Part shown: piece after piece, positions 21,536 to 31,081 of the stretch
How the letters are laid out: every line of letters starts with the position of its first letter
How positions within the stretch are numbered: position 1 is the first letter of the stretch
Assembly (NCBI GenBank): GCA_020438795.1
Contig: JAGQTY010000004.1
Span: 85,941 to 149,940, forward strand
Length of the DNA: 64,000 nucleotides
Source of the DNA: Actinomycetota bacterium
Lineage (GTDB): Bacteria; Actinomycetota; Actinomycetes; S36-B12; GCA-2699445
Direction of reading: 5' to 3'
Position numbers and translations under genes: made by a program
Notes under the pieces: model-generated
Database searches by the model: none
Told to the model about the DNA's origin: nothing
The model's input: the letters and a program-made list of their open reading frames with translations, nothing else

Positions 21536-22527
21536 GCAACTCCACCGCGACTCCCGACAGACTGTCGGTCCACCTCCATCAGGACGACTGGAAGCACCAT
21601 CTGGCCGACCTGACCCGAACGGGCCTGCAGGAGGAGCAGGCATGGCTACCCCCGGTCTGGTTCTACGACAGCCGTGGCTCGGAACTCTTCGACCAGATCA
21701 CCCGCCTGCAGGAGTACTACCCCACGCGGGCCGAGCGCGCCATCCTCGAACGTCACGCCGGCGAGATCATGTTCCTCGCCGCGCCCCACGTGATGGTGGA
21801 ACTGGGCTCGGGTACCTCGGACAAGACCCGGGCGCTGCTTGCCGCGGGCCTCGCCCACGGCAGACTTCGTTCGTTCATCCCGCTGGACTGCTCCCAGGCG
21901 CCACTGCAGGAGGCGGTCGCGCAACTGGCCGCCGAGTACCCGAGCCTCGAGGTGCAGGGGCTCGTGGCCGATTTCAACCGGCAGTTGCACCATGTCAACG
22001 ACGCCACAGCGCCGGGCAGTCGCCGGATGGTGAGCTTCCTGGGCTCCACGATCGGGAACTTCACAACGACCGAGCGCGAACTGTTCCTGCGGGAGGTGGC
22101 AACGACGATGCGGCCCGGCGACACGCTGCTGCTGGGCACTGATCTCGTCAAGGAACGCTCCAGACTCCGAGAGGCCTACGACGACCCCGCCGGGGTGACA
22201 GCCGCGTTCAATCTGAACGCTCTGCAGGTGCTCAACGACGAACTGGGAGCCGACTTCGAAACCGACTGGTTCGAGCATCGTGCGGTCTGGGACCCGCAAC
22301 TGGGCAGGATCGAGATGCACCTGGTCTCACTGACCCGGCAGGAGGTGCGCGTGGAGGAACTGGAGCTGACCCGTCGTTTCGCGCCCGGGGAGTGGATCCG
22401 CAGCGAGATCAGCACCAAGTTCCGTCCCGGTGACGTCGTCGCAGAGCTGCGGGAATCCGGGCTGAGGATCGTCGGGCAGTGGTTCGACGACAATCGCGAT
22501 TTCGCGCTCACCCTCGCCGAACTGTGA
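21532..22527 (+). CDS. egtD: L-histidine N(alpha)-methyltransferase EgtD
   Basis: YYPTRAERAIL, ELGSGTSDKT and FLGSTIGNF motifs. ATGA overlap with the egtB stop. Confidence 0.9.
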   Translation: MSNSTATPDRLSVHLHQDDWKHHLADLTRTGLQEEQAWLPPVWFYDSRGSELFDQITRLQEYYPTRAERAILERHAGEIMFLAAPHVMVELGSGTSDKTRALLAAGLAHGRLRSFIPLDCSQAPLQEAVAQLAAEYPSLEVQGLVADFNRQLHHVNDATAPGSRRMVSFLGSTIGNFTTTERELFLREVATTMRPGDTLLLGTDLVKERSRLREAYDDPAGVTAAFNLNALQVLNDELGADFETDWFEHRAVWDPQLGRIEMHLVSLTRQEVRVEELELTRRFAPGEWIRSEISTKFRPGDVVAELRESGLRIVGQWFDDNRDFALTLAEL

Positions 22528-22607
22528 CGGTCCTGGCCGCATCGATCGTTCTTTGACCTTGCGACCAGCTTGAAGTGGGCTTGAGGTGACTGCGGCCCAA
22601 TGGAACC

Positions 22608-23093
22608 ATGAGCGCACATCCGGACCAGCAGACTCCCAACCAGAGCACACCCGCAGCAGGAGGGTCCGGTGCTCCGGCGGCCTTCTTCGATCCCGGGGGG
22701 TCCCTGCTGAAGGGTTCGGCGACGATCCCGCTGGCGATGGCGGCTGCCAAGGCCGGCTTCGTCTCCAAGCGGGACATGCTGCGCGGACTGCGCAGCGGCG
22801 TCTCATTCCTCCGCAAGGGCGCCAGCGGGTCAGGAACGTGTGATCGTCTGCGTCCCGGTGCAGTGGCGCTGACCACAGCCAGCGTCGATACATCCGGCCG
22901 CTATACCGGCACTCTGGACGGCCCGTTCTGTCACCAGGACGGGAAGGCGGCAGTCATGCGCGCTCAGGCGCAGGAGCACGGCTGGGACCTGGGAACGAGC
23001 GTGGCGTACGCGGGCTCGTGGTCGAATGGCGAGTTGGGGTTGCAGCTCCCGGCCTGTCTCGCAAGACTCACCTATGGAGGAGTGAGTTCATGA
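22608..23093 (+). pseudogene. decayed/truncated HAD-IB (SerB-like) hydrolase ORF
   Basis: 161 aa against roughly 280 expected. It has an AAFFDPGGSLLKGS N-terminus in which the usual DxD nucleophile motif reads DPG. The later part GRYTGTLDGPFCHQDGKAAVMRAQAQEHGWDL also resembles HAD-IB, but the cap/middle region is missing and the C-terminal motif is degenerate. Confidence 0.45.
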
Positions 23094-23815
23094 GCAGACA
23101 GGGTCGGATCGCCGGCAGTTACGGAGTCGACGCTCCCTATGTGCCGGTCTGGTTCCTCGTCGTCGGGGGAATCGCTCTCGTGGTGGGTTTCGTGCTGCGG
23201 GGCATCGCACTGTGGATCGGAGTGGCGATCGCGGTCGTCATGTTCGTTGAGGCGTTGATCTACCTGAACACCACGCTTCGGGGGAAGTTCACCGCATGGC
23301 GGACCATCGTCGCCGACCTCCGGCTCAGCGGTAAGGAGCAGGTCCTCGATGTCGGCTGTGGTCGTGGACTTGTCCTCATCACCGCCGCCCAGCAGCTGAC
23401 CACGGGCACGGCCGTAGGCGTGGACATCTGGAGCTCACACGACCAGAGCGGCAACGCGGAGGCTTCGACCATCGCCAACGCCGAGGCTTCCGGTGTGACT
23501 GAGCGGGTCCGGATAGAGACCGGTGACATGATGGAACTCCCTTTCGAGGACGACAGCTTTGACGTGGTGCTCACCAGTGCCGCGGTGCACAATCTGCAGG
23601 ACGCCGCGGATCGCCATAAGGCACTGGCCGAGATGGTGCGCGTGGCCCGGCCCGGATCTCCGATCCGGATCGTCGACATCGCCCACATCTCCGACTACGA
23701 GAAGGAACTGAAGGAATTGAAGTGCTTGGACGTGACGGTCAAGCACCTGGGCTTCCGGTTCTGGTACGGCAACCCCTTCGTGGCCGGGCGCCTGGTCGCC
23801 GGTCGTGCCCCTTGA
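23090..23815 (+). CDS. membrane-anchored class I SAM-dependent methyltransferase
   Basis: Two N-terminal TM helices followed by VLDVGCGRG (motif I). ATG 23090 has GGAGGAG upstream and an ATGA overlap with the preceding ORF. Confidence 0.85.
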   Translation: MSRQGRIAGSYGVDAPYVPVWFLVVGGIALVVGFVLRGIALWIGVAIAVVMFVEALIYLNTTLRGKFTAWRTIVADLRLSGKEQVLDVGCGRGLVLITAAQQLTTGTAVGVDIWSSHDQSGNAEASTIANAEASGVTERVRIETGDMMELPFEDDSFDVVLTSAAVHNLQDAADRHKALAEMVRVARPGSPIRIVDIAHISDYEKELKELKCLDVTVKHLGFRFWYGNPFVAGRLVAGRAP

Positions 23816-23942
23816 GCCACCCCCGCTTGATCCAACCGACCAGCGAATCCCCCGATAGGGCTCCAGTCGGCATCACGCCTCGCTGAGCCCTATGGTCGAA
23901 CATGTGCCGCGCACAGGAACTGCGGGGCCGGAGGAGGGACCC

Positions 23943-24260
23943 ATGTCGATACCCAGCAGCGACGACGGCGTGATCGAGCAGGCCATCCTTCCTATCCGGG
24001 CCGGTGAGACCGCCGACTTCGAGGACGCCTTCGCGGAAGCACGCCCAATCATCGAGCGGGCGCAGGGGTTCCGCTGGCTGCGGCTGCAGCGGGGCATCGA
24101 GCGCCGCAACGAGTATCTCCTGCTGGTCGGCTGGGACACGGTGGACAGTCACCGGGTCGGATTCCGCACCTCACCGGACTACGAGACCTGGCGCAGACTG
24201 CTGCACCACTTCTACGATCCGTTCCCGACAGTCCACTACTTCGTGACCGTCGCTGACTGA
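23943..24260 (+). CDS. antibiotic-biosynthesis-monooxygenase (ABM/Dabb) family protein
   Basis: 105 aa with a ferredoxin-like ABM pattern (ILPIRAG...FEDAF...LLLVGWDTVDSH). ATG 23943 has GGAGGAGGG upstream. Confidence 0.7.
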   Translation: MSIPSSDDGVIEQAILPIRAGETADFEDAFAEARPIIERAQGFRWLRLQRGIERRNEYLLLVGWDTVDSHRVGFRTSPDYETWRRLLHHFYDPFPTVHYFVTVAD

Positions 24261-24359
24261 CGGCATTGCGGCACCCGAGCCGTTCGACACCGGCTGGGAG
24301 CCCCGAGCCGGGCCTCAGCTCGTGCGCCGGCTCCGCAACACGTGAGACCAGTACGCGCC

Positions 24360-25541
24360 TCAGCCCATGAACGGGTCGATCGCAACCGCCAGGAACAGCA
24401 GCGACAGGTAGATGATCGAACCGTTGAACAGGCGCATCGGCGACAACTGCTCGGCGTGCTTACGCACCCGGGCTCGTAGGGCGTAGGCCTCGAACAGGAA
24501 CAGCGCACCCAGAGCCACGGCGGCGGCCGAGTAGACCCAGTTCATCCCGGCGACCGGGATGAGCAGAAGTGAGGTGAGCACCATCAGCCACGAGTACCGG
24601 ATGATCCGCACACTGACCGTCGAGGGCTTGGCGACCACCGGCAGCATGGGCACGCCGGCACTCTCGTAGTCGTCCCGGTACTTCAGCGACAGGGGCCAGT
24701 AGTGCGGCGGTGTCCAGAAGAAGATGATGAGGAAGAGCAGCACCGGCGCCCAGGTCAGTCCGCCGGTGACCGCAGCCCAGGCGATCAGGACCGGCATGCA
24801 GCCCGCAGCGCCGCCCCAAACGATGTTCTGCGGCGTACGGCGCTTGAGCAGCATCGTGTAGCCGACGACATACATCAGGATGGCGGCCGCGCCCAGGACA
24901 GCAGCGAGCGGGTTCCCCCCTATCCACAGGATGACAACCGCCAGCACCGAGAGCGTCCACGCGAGGATGAGTGCATTGCGTGGGGGTACGGTCCCGGTCA
25001 CCAGGGGGCGGTTCTCCGTACGTCTCATGACCTGATCGATGTCCCGATCCAGGTAGCTGTTGAACGTGTTGGCTCCACCTGCAGCAGCCGCTCCACCGAT
25101 GATCGTCGCCAGTGCCACACCCAGGTCGGGCATTCCCCCGGCGGCGAGAATCATCGTGGGCACCGTGGTGACCAGCAGCAGCTCGATGATGCGCGGCTTC
25201 GTGAGGGCCAGGTAGTGCTTGAAACGATCTCCGCGGGAGTAGCTTACGGTGATGGAATCCGATACAACCTCCGGCCTATCCGCCGGCTGCTCGGGCTCAC
25301 TGCGGAAGATCGAGTCGTCGAGGCGCAGCTGGGAGTCCTCACCCACCGGTCCCGAACCGGCTGCATCGTCATCGGGCTCCGGGGCATCGAGCGCAGTCAT
25401 ACGCAGGGTGGTCGCCACCGTCGACTCCGGCACGGAATCGTCGGCAGCCCCGCCCGCCGCCTCATCCGGGCTGGAAGGCACGAAGTCATCGCGAGGATCG
25501 ATAGTGCTCACCCTACTTCTGTCGTCCCTTGCTCCACTCAT
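24360..25541 (-). CDS. ctaB: protoheme IX farnesyltransferase (heme O synthase) with a long N-terminal extension
   Basis: UbiA-family motif NSYLDRDID and [10 protein letters not shown]. The conserved core begins near codon 104. The true start is uncertain: the first 10 codons use rare codons, and alternatives are the GTG at codon 11 or the ATG at codon 48. Confidence 0.9.
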   Translation of the reverse strand: MSGARDDRSRVSTIDPRDDFVPSSPDEAAGGAADDSVPESTVATTLRMTALDAPEPDDDAAGSGPVGEDSQLRLDDSIFRSEPEQPADRPEVVSDSITVSYSRGDRFKHYLALTKPRIIELLLVTTVPTMILAAGGMPDLGVALATIIGGAAAAGGANTFNSYLDRDIDQVMRRTENRPLVTGTVPPRNALILAWTLSVLAVVILWIGGNPLAAVLGAAAILMYVVGYTMLLKRRTPQNIVWGGAAGCMPVLIAWAAVTGGLTWAPVLLFLIIFFWTPPHYWPLSLKYRDDYESAGVPMLPVVAKPSTVSVRIIRYSWLMVLTSLLLIPVAGMNWVYSAAAVALGALFLFEAYALRARVRKHAEQLSPMRLFNGSIIYLSLLFLAVAIDPFMG

Positions 25542-25916
25542 CGCTGCATGGGCCCGCTCCCCCAGACGAAATCGTCGGGTACCCTCACCCGACGCGGCCG
25601 GGACGATGAGTCGTGCACCAACGCGGCCAGTCTACTCTCACAGTCACCGCAGGCGTGCAGACAGTGGAGGCGCGTCCCACTGAGATTCGATTCAGCTGAA
25701 CCTCGCCTTGAGCCCCGCAACCAGCCATGTCCACCTGCACCTCGACCTTTCGTCGACGGGCACCGCTGCCACCGCTCGTGCATCGGCACAGACCACTCGT
25801 CGATGTCCTGGAACCAATTGACCGAATGGTTAACACCCCATTCGAGCGAGTAACAGGCCACGCCCGGGGGGGCTCGCTAAGCTGCCAACTGATCCGAACC
25901 ATCGGGAAGGAACCCA

Positions 25917-27998
25917 GTGAGCAACCCTGTATTCGAATGGACCGACCTCGACACTCGCGTCGTGGACACGGCCCGGGTCCTCGCGGCCGACGCAGTCCAG
26001 AACACCGGCAACGGGCACCCCGGTACCGCGATGTCGTTGGCACCCGCGGCGTACCTGCTCTTCCAGAAGTACCTGCGGCATGACCCCACCGACCCGAAGT
26101 GGATCGGACGGGACCGGTTCGTCCTGTCGAACGGCCATTCCTCGCTCACTCTGTACACCGAGCTGTTCCTGTCCGGCTACGGGCTGGAACTCGAGGATCT
26201 CGAGAAGTTCCGTCAGGCCGGCAGCCTCACCCCGGGTCACCCCGAGTACGGGCACACCGTCGGCGTCGAGACCACCACCGGACCCCTCGGTCAGGGGCTG
26301 TCCACAGCGGTCGGCATGGCGTGGGCACAGCGCTATGTGCGCGGTATGTTCGATCCTGACGCCGCTCCCGGACAGAGCCCCTTCGACTACCACATCTGGG
26401 TCTTCGCCGGTGACGGCTGCCTCGAGGAGGGCATCACCTCGGAGGCATCCTCCCTCGCGGGAGCGCAGGAGATCGGCAATCTGACCGTGGTGTGGGATGA
26501 CAACCACATCTCCATCGAGGACGACACTGCCATCGCGTTCCGCGAGGACGTGGTGAAGCGCTACCAGGCCTACGGCTGGGCCACCCTCGAGGTGGAGATG
26601 AACCGTGACGGCTCCGTCGACGTCGGCGCACTGGACGCCGCCTACGCGGAGGCCAAGCGGATCACCGACCGCCCCACGCTCATCAGGCTCAAGACCATCA
26701 TCGGCTGGCCGGCGCCGGACCTGCAGAACACGTACAAGGCCCACGGTGCCGCTCTGGGCACCGAGGAGGTCGCCAAGGTCAAGGAGGACCTCAACTTCGA
26801 TCCTGATGTGAACTTCCCGATGGAGGCTGACGTCCTGGCCCGTGCCCGTGAGGTCCGCGACCGCGGCGTCGCACTGCACGAGCAGTGGAATGTGGGCTAT
26901 GACGCCTGGCGGTCTGCCAACCCTGACGGCGCAGCGCTGCTGGACCGCATCGAGAGCGGCGCGATCCCCCCGATCGACCTGCCGGAGTTCGAGGTCGGTG
27001 CCTCTGTGCCGACCCGCAAGGCCTCCCACGCCGCGATCCAGTCGCTGGCCGCAGCAATGCCCGAATTCTTCGGCGGCTCGGCCGACCTCGCGGAGTCCAA
27101 CCTGACGACCATCGAAGGTGCGCCGTCCTTCCTGCCTGAGAGTGTGAAGGTCAAGAGCAACTCGCCGTTCGGTGGACCTCACTCCATCTACGGCCGGGTG
27201 CTCCATTTCGGCATCCGCGAGCACGCCATGGGCGCCATGGTCAACGGTATGGCAGTCAACGGCCTGGTGAAGCCCTTCGGCGGCACCTTCTTCGTGTTCT
27301 CCGACTACATGCGTGGCGCGGTGAGGCTGGCAGCACTCATGCAGTGCCGCAGCATCTTCGTGTGGACCCACGACTCCATCGGCGTCGGCGAGGACGGCCC
27401 GACGCACCAGCCGATCGAGCATCTGTGGTCGCTACGAGCCATGCCCGGGTTCAACATCGTGAGGCCCGCCGACGCGACGGAGACCGCCGAGGTCTGGAAG
27501 GTGACCGTCGAGAACGGCACACCCACTGGACTCGCGCTGTCCCGGCAGGGTACTCCGGTCATCGACCGCGAGAAGTACGCCAGCACTGAGAATGTGCGCA
27601 AGGGTGCCTACATCCTGTCCGAGGCCCCGAACGGCGATCCCGACGTGCTGTTGCTCGCCACGGGCACCGAGGTCGGTGTGGCGCTGGACGCTCAGGACCT
27701 GCTGGCGCAGGAGGGCATCAACGCCCGGGTCGTATCGATGCCGTGCCTGGAGTGGTTCGAGGAGCAGGAGCCCGCCTACAAGAACGAGGTCCTGCCCGAG
27801 TCGGTCAAGGCCCGCGTCTCGGTCGAGGCCGGTGCCACGATCGGCTGGTGGAAGTACATCGGCGACCACGGCCGCACGGTCGGCATCGATCACTTCGGTG
27901 AGTCGGCCCCCGGCGGCTACCTGATGAAGAAGTTCGGCTTCACTCCGGAGAATGTGGTCTCCAAGGCCAAGGAGTCGCTGGCTTCTCTGGAGGACTGA
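25917..27998 (+). CDS. tkt: transketolase
   Basis: 693 aa with NTGNGHPGTAMS and GDGCLEEG TPP-binding motifs. GTG start. Confidence 0.95.
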   Translation: MSNPVFEWTDLDTRVVDTARVLAADAVQNTGNGHPGTAMSLAPAAYLLFQKYLRHDPTDPKWIGRDRFVLSNGHSSLTLYTELFLSGYGLELEDLEKFRQAGSLTPGHPEYGHTVGVETTTGPLGQGLSTAVGMAWAQRYVRGMFDPDAAPGQSPFDYHIWVFAGDGCLEEGITSEASSLAGAQEIGNLTVVWDDNHISIEDDTAIAFREDVVKRYQAYGWATLEVEMNRDGSVDVGALDAAYAEAKRITDRPTLIRLKTIIGWPAPDLQNTYKAHGAALGTEEVAKVKEDLNFDPDVNFPMEADVLARAREVRDRGVALHEQWNVGYDAWRSANPDGAALLDRIESGAIPPIDLPEFEVGASVPTRKASHAAIQSLAAAMPEFFGGSADLAESNLTTIEGAPSFLPESVKVKSNSPFGGPHSIYGRVLHFGIREHAMGAMVNGMAVNGLVKPFGGTFFVFSDYMRGAVRLAALMQCRSIFVWTHDSIGVGEDGPTHQPIEHLWSLRAMPGFNIVRPADATETAEVWKVTVENGTPTGLALSRQGTPVIDREKYASTENVRKGAYILSEAPNGDPDVLLLATGTEVGVALDAQDLLAQEGINARVVSMPCLEWFEEQEPAYKNEVLPESVKARVSVEAGATIGWWKYIGDHGRTVGIDHFGESAPGGYLMKKFGFTPENVVSKAKESLASLED

Positions 27999-28019
27999 CA
28001 GACCAGCTCCCTGACTGTC

Positions 28020-28052
28020 GGTTGTGGCCCGCCGATCCGGCGGGCCACAACC
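28020..28052 (+). terminator. strong stem-loop after tkt (intrinsic-terminator candidate without a U-tract)
   Basis: GGTTGTGGCCCGCCG, loop ATC, CGGCGGGCCACAACC: a perfect 15-bp stem starting 22 nt after the tkt stop. Confidence 0.6.
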
Positions 28053-28205
28053 AATTCAGCGGCGCCAGCCTCCTCAGCGATACGGGTACGGCATGGACCC
28101 TGATCAAGGGCCGATCTCCTGATCCTGATCCATGCCCTGCGATCGAGGTTCCCGTCCTCACCTGATTCGACAGCGGGGCTGTCGCCTGAGTGCTAGCTTG
28201 CGGCC

Positions 28206-29789
28206 ATGACCCCTTCCCTCACCCGTCGTGAAATGCTCACCGCCGCCTCCCTCGGTTCGGCCGGAGCCGTCCTCGGCTCATCGGCGCTGGCTTCGGCCAG
28301 CGAGAGCCAGCTGTTCGATGCGCTGGTGACCGCGGCGCCGGCCAATCCCGGTTCGGACATCGGCGCGATCAAGCACATCGTCATGGTCATGATGGAGAAC
28401 CGGTCGTTCGACCACATGTACGGCACTCTTCGCGGCGTTCGTGGTTTCGACGACGACAGTACGCAGGCCCGACGGGCGTTCAAGCAGAAGCTCCCGAACG
28501 GAGAGGGATTCGTCTACCCCTACCGCTTCAACACCGACACGATGGACGCCAGCTGCACCGTGGGCCCCGAACACGACTGGGCTCCGATGCAGCGCCAGTA
28601 CCGGAACGGTCGGATCAACTTCGTCCGGTCCCAGATCAGCGCCCAGCCCACGAACCCGGATGTCACCGGCCCGATGACGATGGGCTACTACAACCGCAAG
28701 GATCTGCGCTACTACTACCGGCTCGCCGACCGGTTCACCATCTGCGACAACTACTTCTGCTCCGTGCTGGGCCCGACCAACCCCAATCGCGCCTACGCGA
28801 TGTCCGGCTCGATCGGGGCGGACGGCCGCCACGGCGGCCCCTGCATCGAGACGACCGCGGACAACTGGCAGAAGTTCAGCTGGACCACCGTCCCTGAGCT
28901 TCTCGACGACGCCGGGGTCTCCTGGAAGGTCTACGCCCCGACCCAGTCACCGGACGGCTTCAGCGGAGGCCCGATCTCACTGATCGCCGGGAACAACATC
29001 CTGGGAGCCTTCAAGCAGTATGCGGATCCCTCCACGAGACTGCACAAGCGGGCCTTCACCAACGACTGGCCCGGGCAGTTCCTCACCGATGTGGCCAACA
29101 ACAAGCTCCCGCGGGTGTCCTGGGTCTGGCCCGGCGCCGTGCCCGGCTTCGACGAGCATCCATCAGCGCCCGTCGTGCGCGGCTCCTACGGCACTGATCT
29201 CCTGCTGCAGGCACTGTTCAAGAACAAGGAGTTGTGGAGCAAGACCCTGGTCGTGCACACCTACGACGAGCACGGCGGCTACTTCGACCACGTCCCCCCG
29301 CCGCAGCCCGATCCCGGCACTCCCGGTGAGTTCCTTTCCGTCAGTCCGCTGCCACCGGAGACTGAAGGCTTCGCAGGCCCGATCGGCATGGGCTTCCGAG
29401 TCCCCACAATGCTGTTGTCCCCCTGGACGCGCGGCGGTTTCGTGTCCAACCAGCTCATGGACCATGCCTCGCCGCTGTTCTTCCTCGAGGAGCGCTTCGG
29501 CATCAAGGTCAGGGCGATCTCGAAATGGCGCCGCAAGACCTCGAACAACCTGGCCGTGGCGCTGCAGATGGACAACAAGCGGATGAGCATCCCGAAGCTC
29601 CCCCCGGCGCCGATGACGCCCAGGAAGGTGCGGGAGCAGTGCACCGAAGAGAACCTCAACGCGGAGCTCGGCGGTTCGGAGATCCCATATCCCAAGAAGC
29701 AGCGCATGCCGAGCCAGGAGGCCGGCACCCGAAAGGTGGTCCGCAACGGCAAGAAGGTGGGCACAGCCGTGCTCCCGGGCCGCGGCTGA
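28206..29789 (+). CDS. Tat-secreted phosphoesterase-family phospholipase C (non-hemolytic PLC / acid phosphatase AcpA-like)
   Basis: Twin-arginine signal LTRREMLTAASLGSAGAVLGSSALASA, VMVMMENRSFDHMYG phosphoesterase motif, 527 aa. Confidence 0.85.
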   Translation: MTPSLTRREMLTAASLGSAGAVLGSSALASASESQLFDALVTAAPANPGSDIGAIKHIVMVMMENRSFDHMYGTLRGVRGFDDDSTQARRAFKQKLPNGEGFVYPYRFNTDTMDASCTVGPEHDWAPMQRQYRNGRINFVRSQISAQPTNPDVTGPMTMGYYNRKDLRYYYRLADRFTICDNYFCSVLGPTNPNRAYAMSGSIGADGRHGGPCIETTADNWQKFSWTTVPELLDDAGVSWKVYAPTQSPDGFSGGPISLIAGNNILGAFKQYADPSTRLHKRAFTNDWPGQFLTDVANNKLPRVSWVWPGAVPGFDEHPSAPVVRGSYGTDLLLQALFKNKELWSKTLVVHTYDEHGGYFDHVPPPQPDPGTPGEFLSVSPLPPETEGFAGPIGMGFRVPTMLLSPWTRGGFVSNQLMDHASPLFFLEERFGIKVRAISKWRRKTSNNLAVALQMDNKRMSIPKLPPAPMTPRKVREQCTEENLNAELGGSEIPYPKKQRMPSQEAGTRKVVRNGKKVGTAVLPGRG

Positions 29790-29956
29790 GCGGCACCGAT
29801 TCGCCCCCATTCGTCTCTGCAGACCTGTTTGCCGGGACCTGATCGAACATTGACCCAATTCGGTGTTATTACACGCGCAACGAATGAAGGGGTTCGATAG
29901 CCTCAGGCGCGTATGAACGCTTTGCGGCAGATCGCCGCTGCTGTGTGGAGGCATTG

Positions 29957-31081
29957 ATGAATGAACGCTTGAAGGCACTGGCCGATGCTGGTGTGTCGAT
30001 CTGGCTCGATGATCTTGATCGCGACCGCATCAACAGCGGCGGCCTGGCAAAGCTGATCGAGGAGGACAGCGTCACCGGAGTGACGACCAACCCCGCGATC
30101 TTCAACAATGCCATCTCCGGCGACAGTGACGCCTACAACGCGCAGCTCGACGACCTCGCCGACCGCGGCGTGGATCAGGGCGAGGCCGTACGCTCCATCA
30201 CCACCAAGGACGTCCGGGCGGCCTGCGATGTCATGCGTCCGGTCTACGACCGCACGAACACGGTCGACGGCCGGGTCTCCATCGAGGTGGATCCCCGCTT
30301 CGCCCGCAACACCGCAGCGACCATCGCCGAAGCCCGGCAGCTCTGGTGGGCGGTCGACCGGCCGAATGCACTCATCAAGATCCCCGGGACCGAAGAGGGG
30401 CTGCCTGCCATCACGCAGGCACTGAGCGAGGGCATCAGCGTCAATGTGACGCTGATCTTCAGCCCGGACCGCTACGTCGAGGTGATGGATGCCTGGCTGA
30501 GCGGCCTTGAGAAAGCGATCGAGAACGGCATCGACGTCAGCACCATCCAGTCGGTGGCTTCCTTCTTCGTGAGCCGGGTGGACGTCGCGGTCGACAAGCG
30601 CATCGACCAGATCGGCACTCCGGAGGCCGAGGCACTGCGTGGCAAGCCTGCGATCGCAGGGGCCCGCGTCGCGTTCAAGAAGTTCCAGGAGATGGAGGCC
30701 AGCGACCGCTGGCAGGCACTGAAGGCCAAGGGAGCATTCGTGCAGCGTCCGCTGTGGGCCTCCACCGGCGCCAAGGACCCGAAGTACACCGACGACCGCT
30801 ACGTGGTGGACCTGGTCACGGCGGGAGTCGTGAACACCATGCCGGAGAAGACCATGATGGCCGTCGCCGACCACGGCGACATCACCGGTGACACGGTCAT
30901 CCCCAACATCGCCGACGCCGAACAGGTCTTCGCGGATCTGGCAGCGGTCGGAGTCGACATGAAGGATGTCTTCCAGGAACTCGAGGACGAGGGCGTCGAG
31001 AAGTTCGACATCGCCTGGGAGGAACTGCTCGGCACGATCCAGACGGCACTCGACAAGCGTGGTGGCGGGACAGCTGCATGA
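29957..31081 (+). CDS. tal: transaldolase (long actinobacterial type)
   Basis: GVTTNPAIF motif. ATG 29957 has GGAGG 5 nt upstream. ATGA overlap with zwf. Confidence 0.95.
   Translation: MNERLKALADAGVSIWLDDLDRDRINSGGLAKLIEEDSVTGVTTNPAIFNNAISGDSDAYNAQLDDLADRGVDQGEAVRSITTKDVRAACDVMRPVYDRTNTVDGRVSIEVDPRFARNTAATIAEARQLWWAVDRPNALIKIPGTEEGLPAITQALSEGISVNVTLIFSPDRYVEVMDAWLSGLEKAIENGIDVSTIQSVASFFVSRVDVAVDKRIDQIGTPEAEALRGKPAIAGARVAFKKFQEMEASDRWQALKAKGAFVQRPLWASTGAKDPKYTDDRYVVDLVTAGVVNTMPEKTMMAVADHGDITGDTVIPNIADAEQVFADLAAVGVDMKDVFQELEDEGVEKFDIAWEELLGTIQTALDKRGGGTAA

Noticed and set aside
25538-25861. 107-aa minus-strand ORF filling the ctaB-tkt spacer, whose stop makes an ATGA overlap with the first ATG of the ctaB ORF
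   Set aside because: It is Trp/Cys/Arg-rich with many rare codons (GGT, CGA, GGA, TCA, AGT, AGA, AGG), has no SD and has no recognisable fold. The overlap is probably coincidental, and the upstream part of the ctaB ORF may itself be untranslated.
25830-27422. 530-aa minus-strand ORF opposite tkt
   Set aside because: It is antisense to transketolase, whose motifs are unambiguous. Its composition is Arg/Gly/Val-biased and I recognise no domain.
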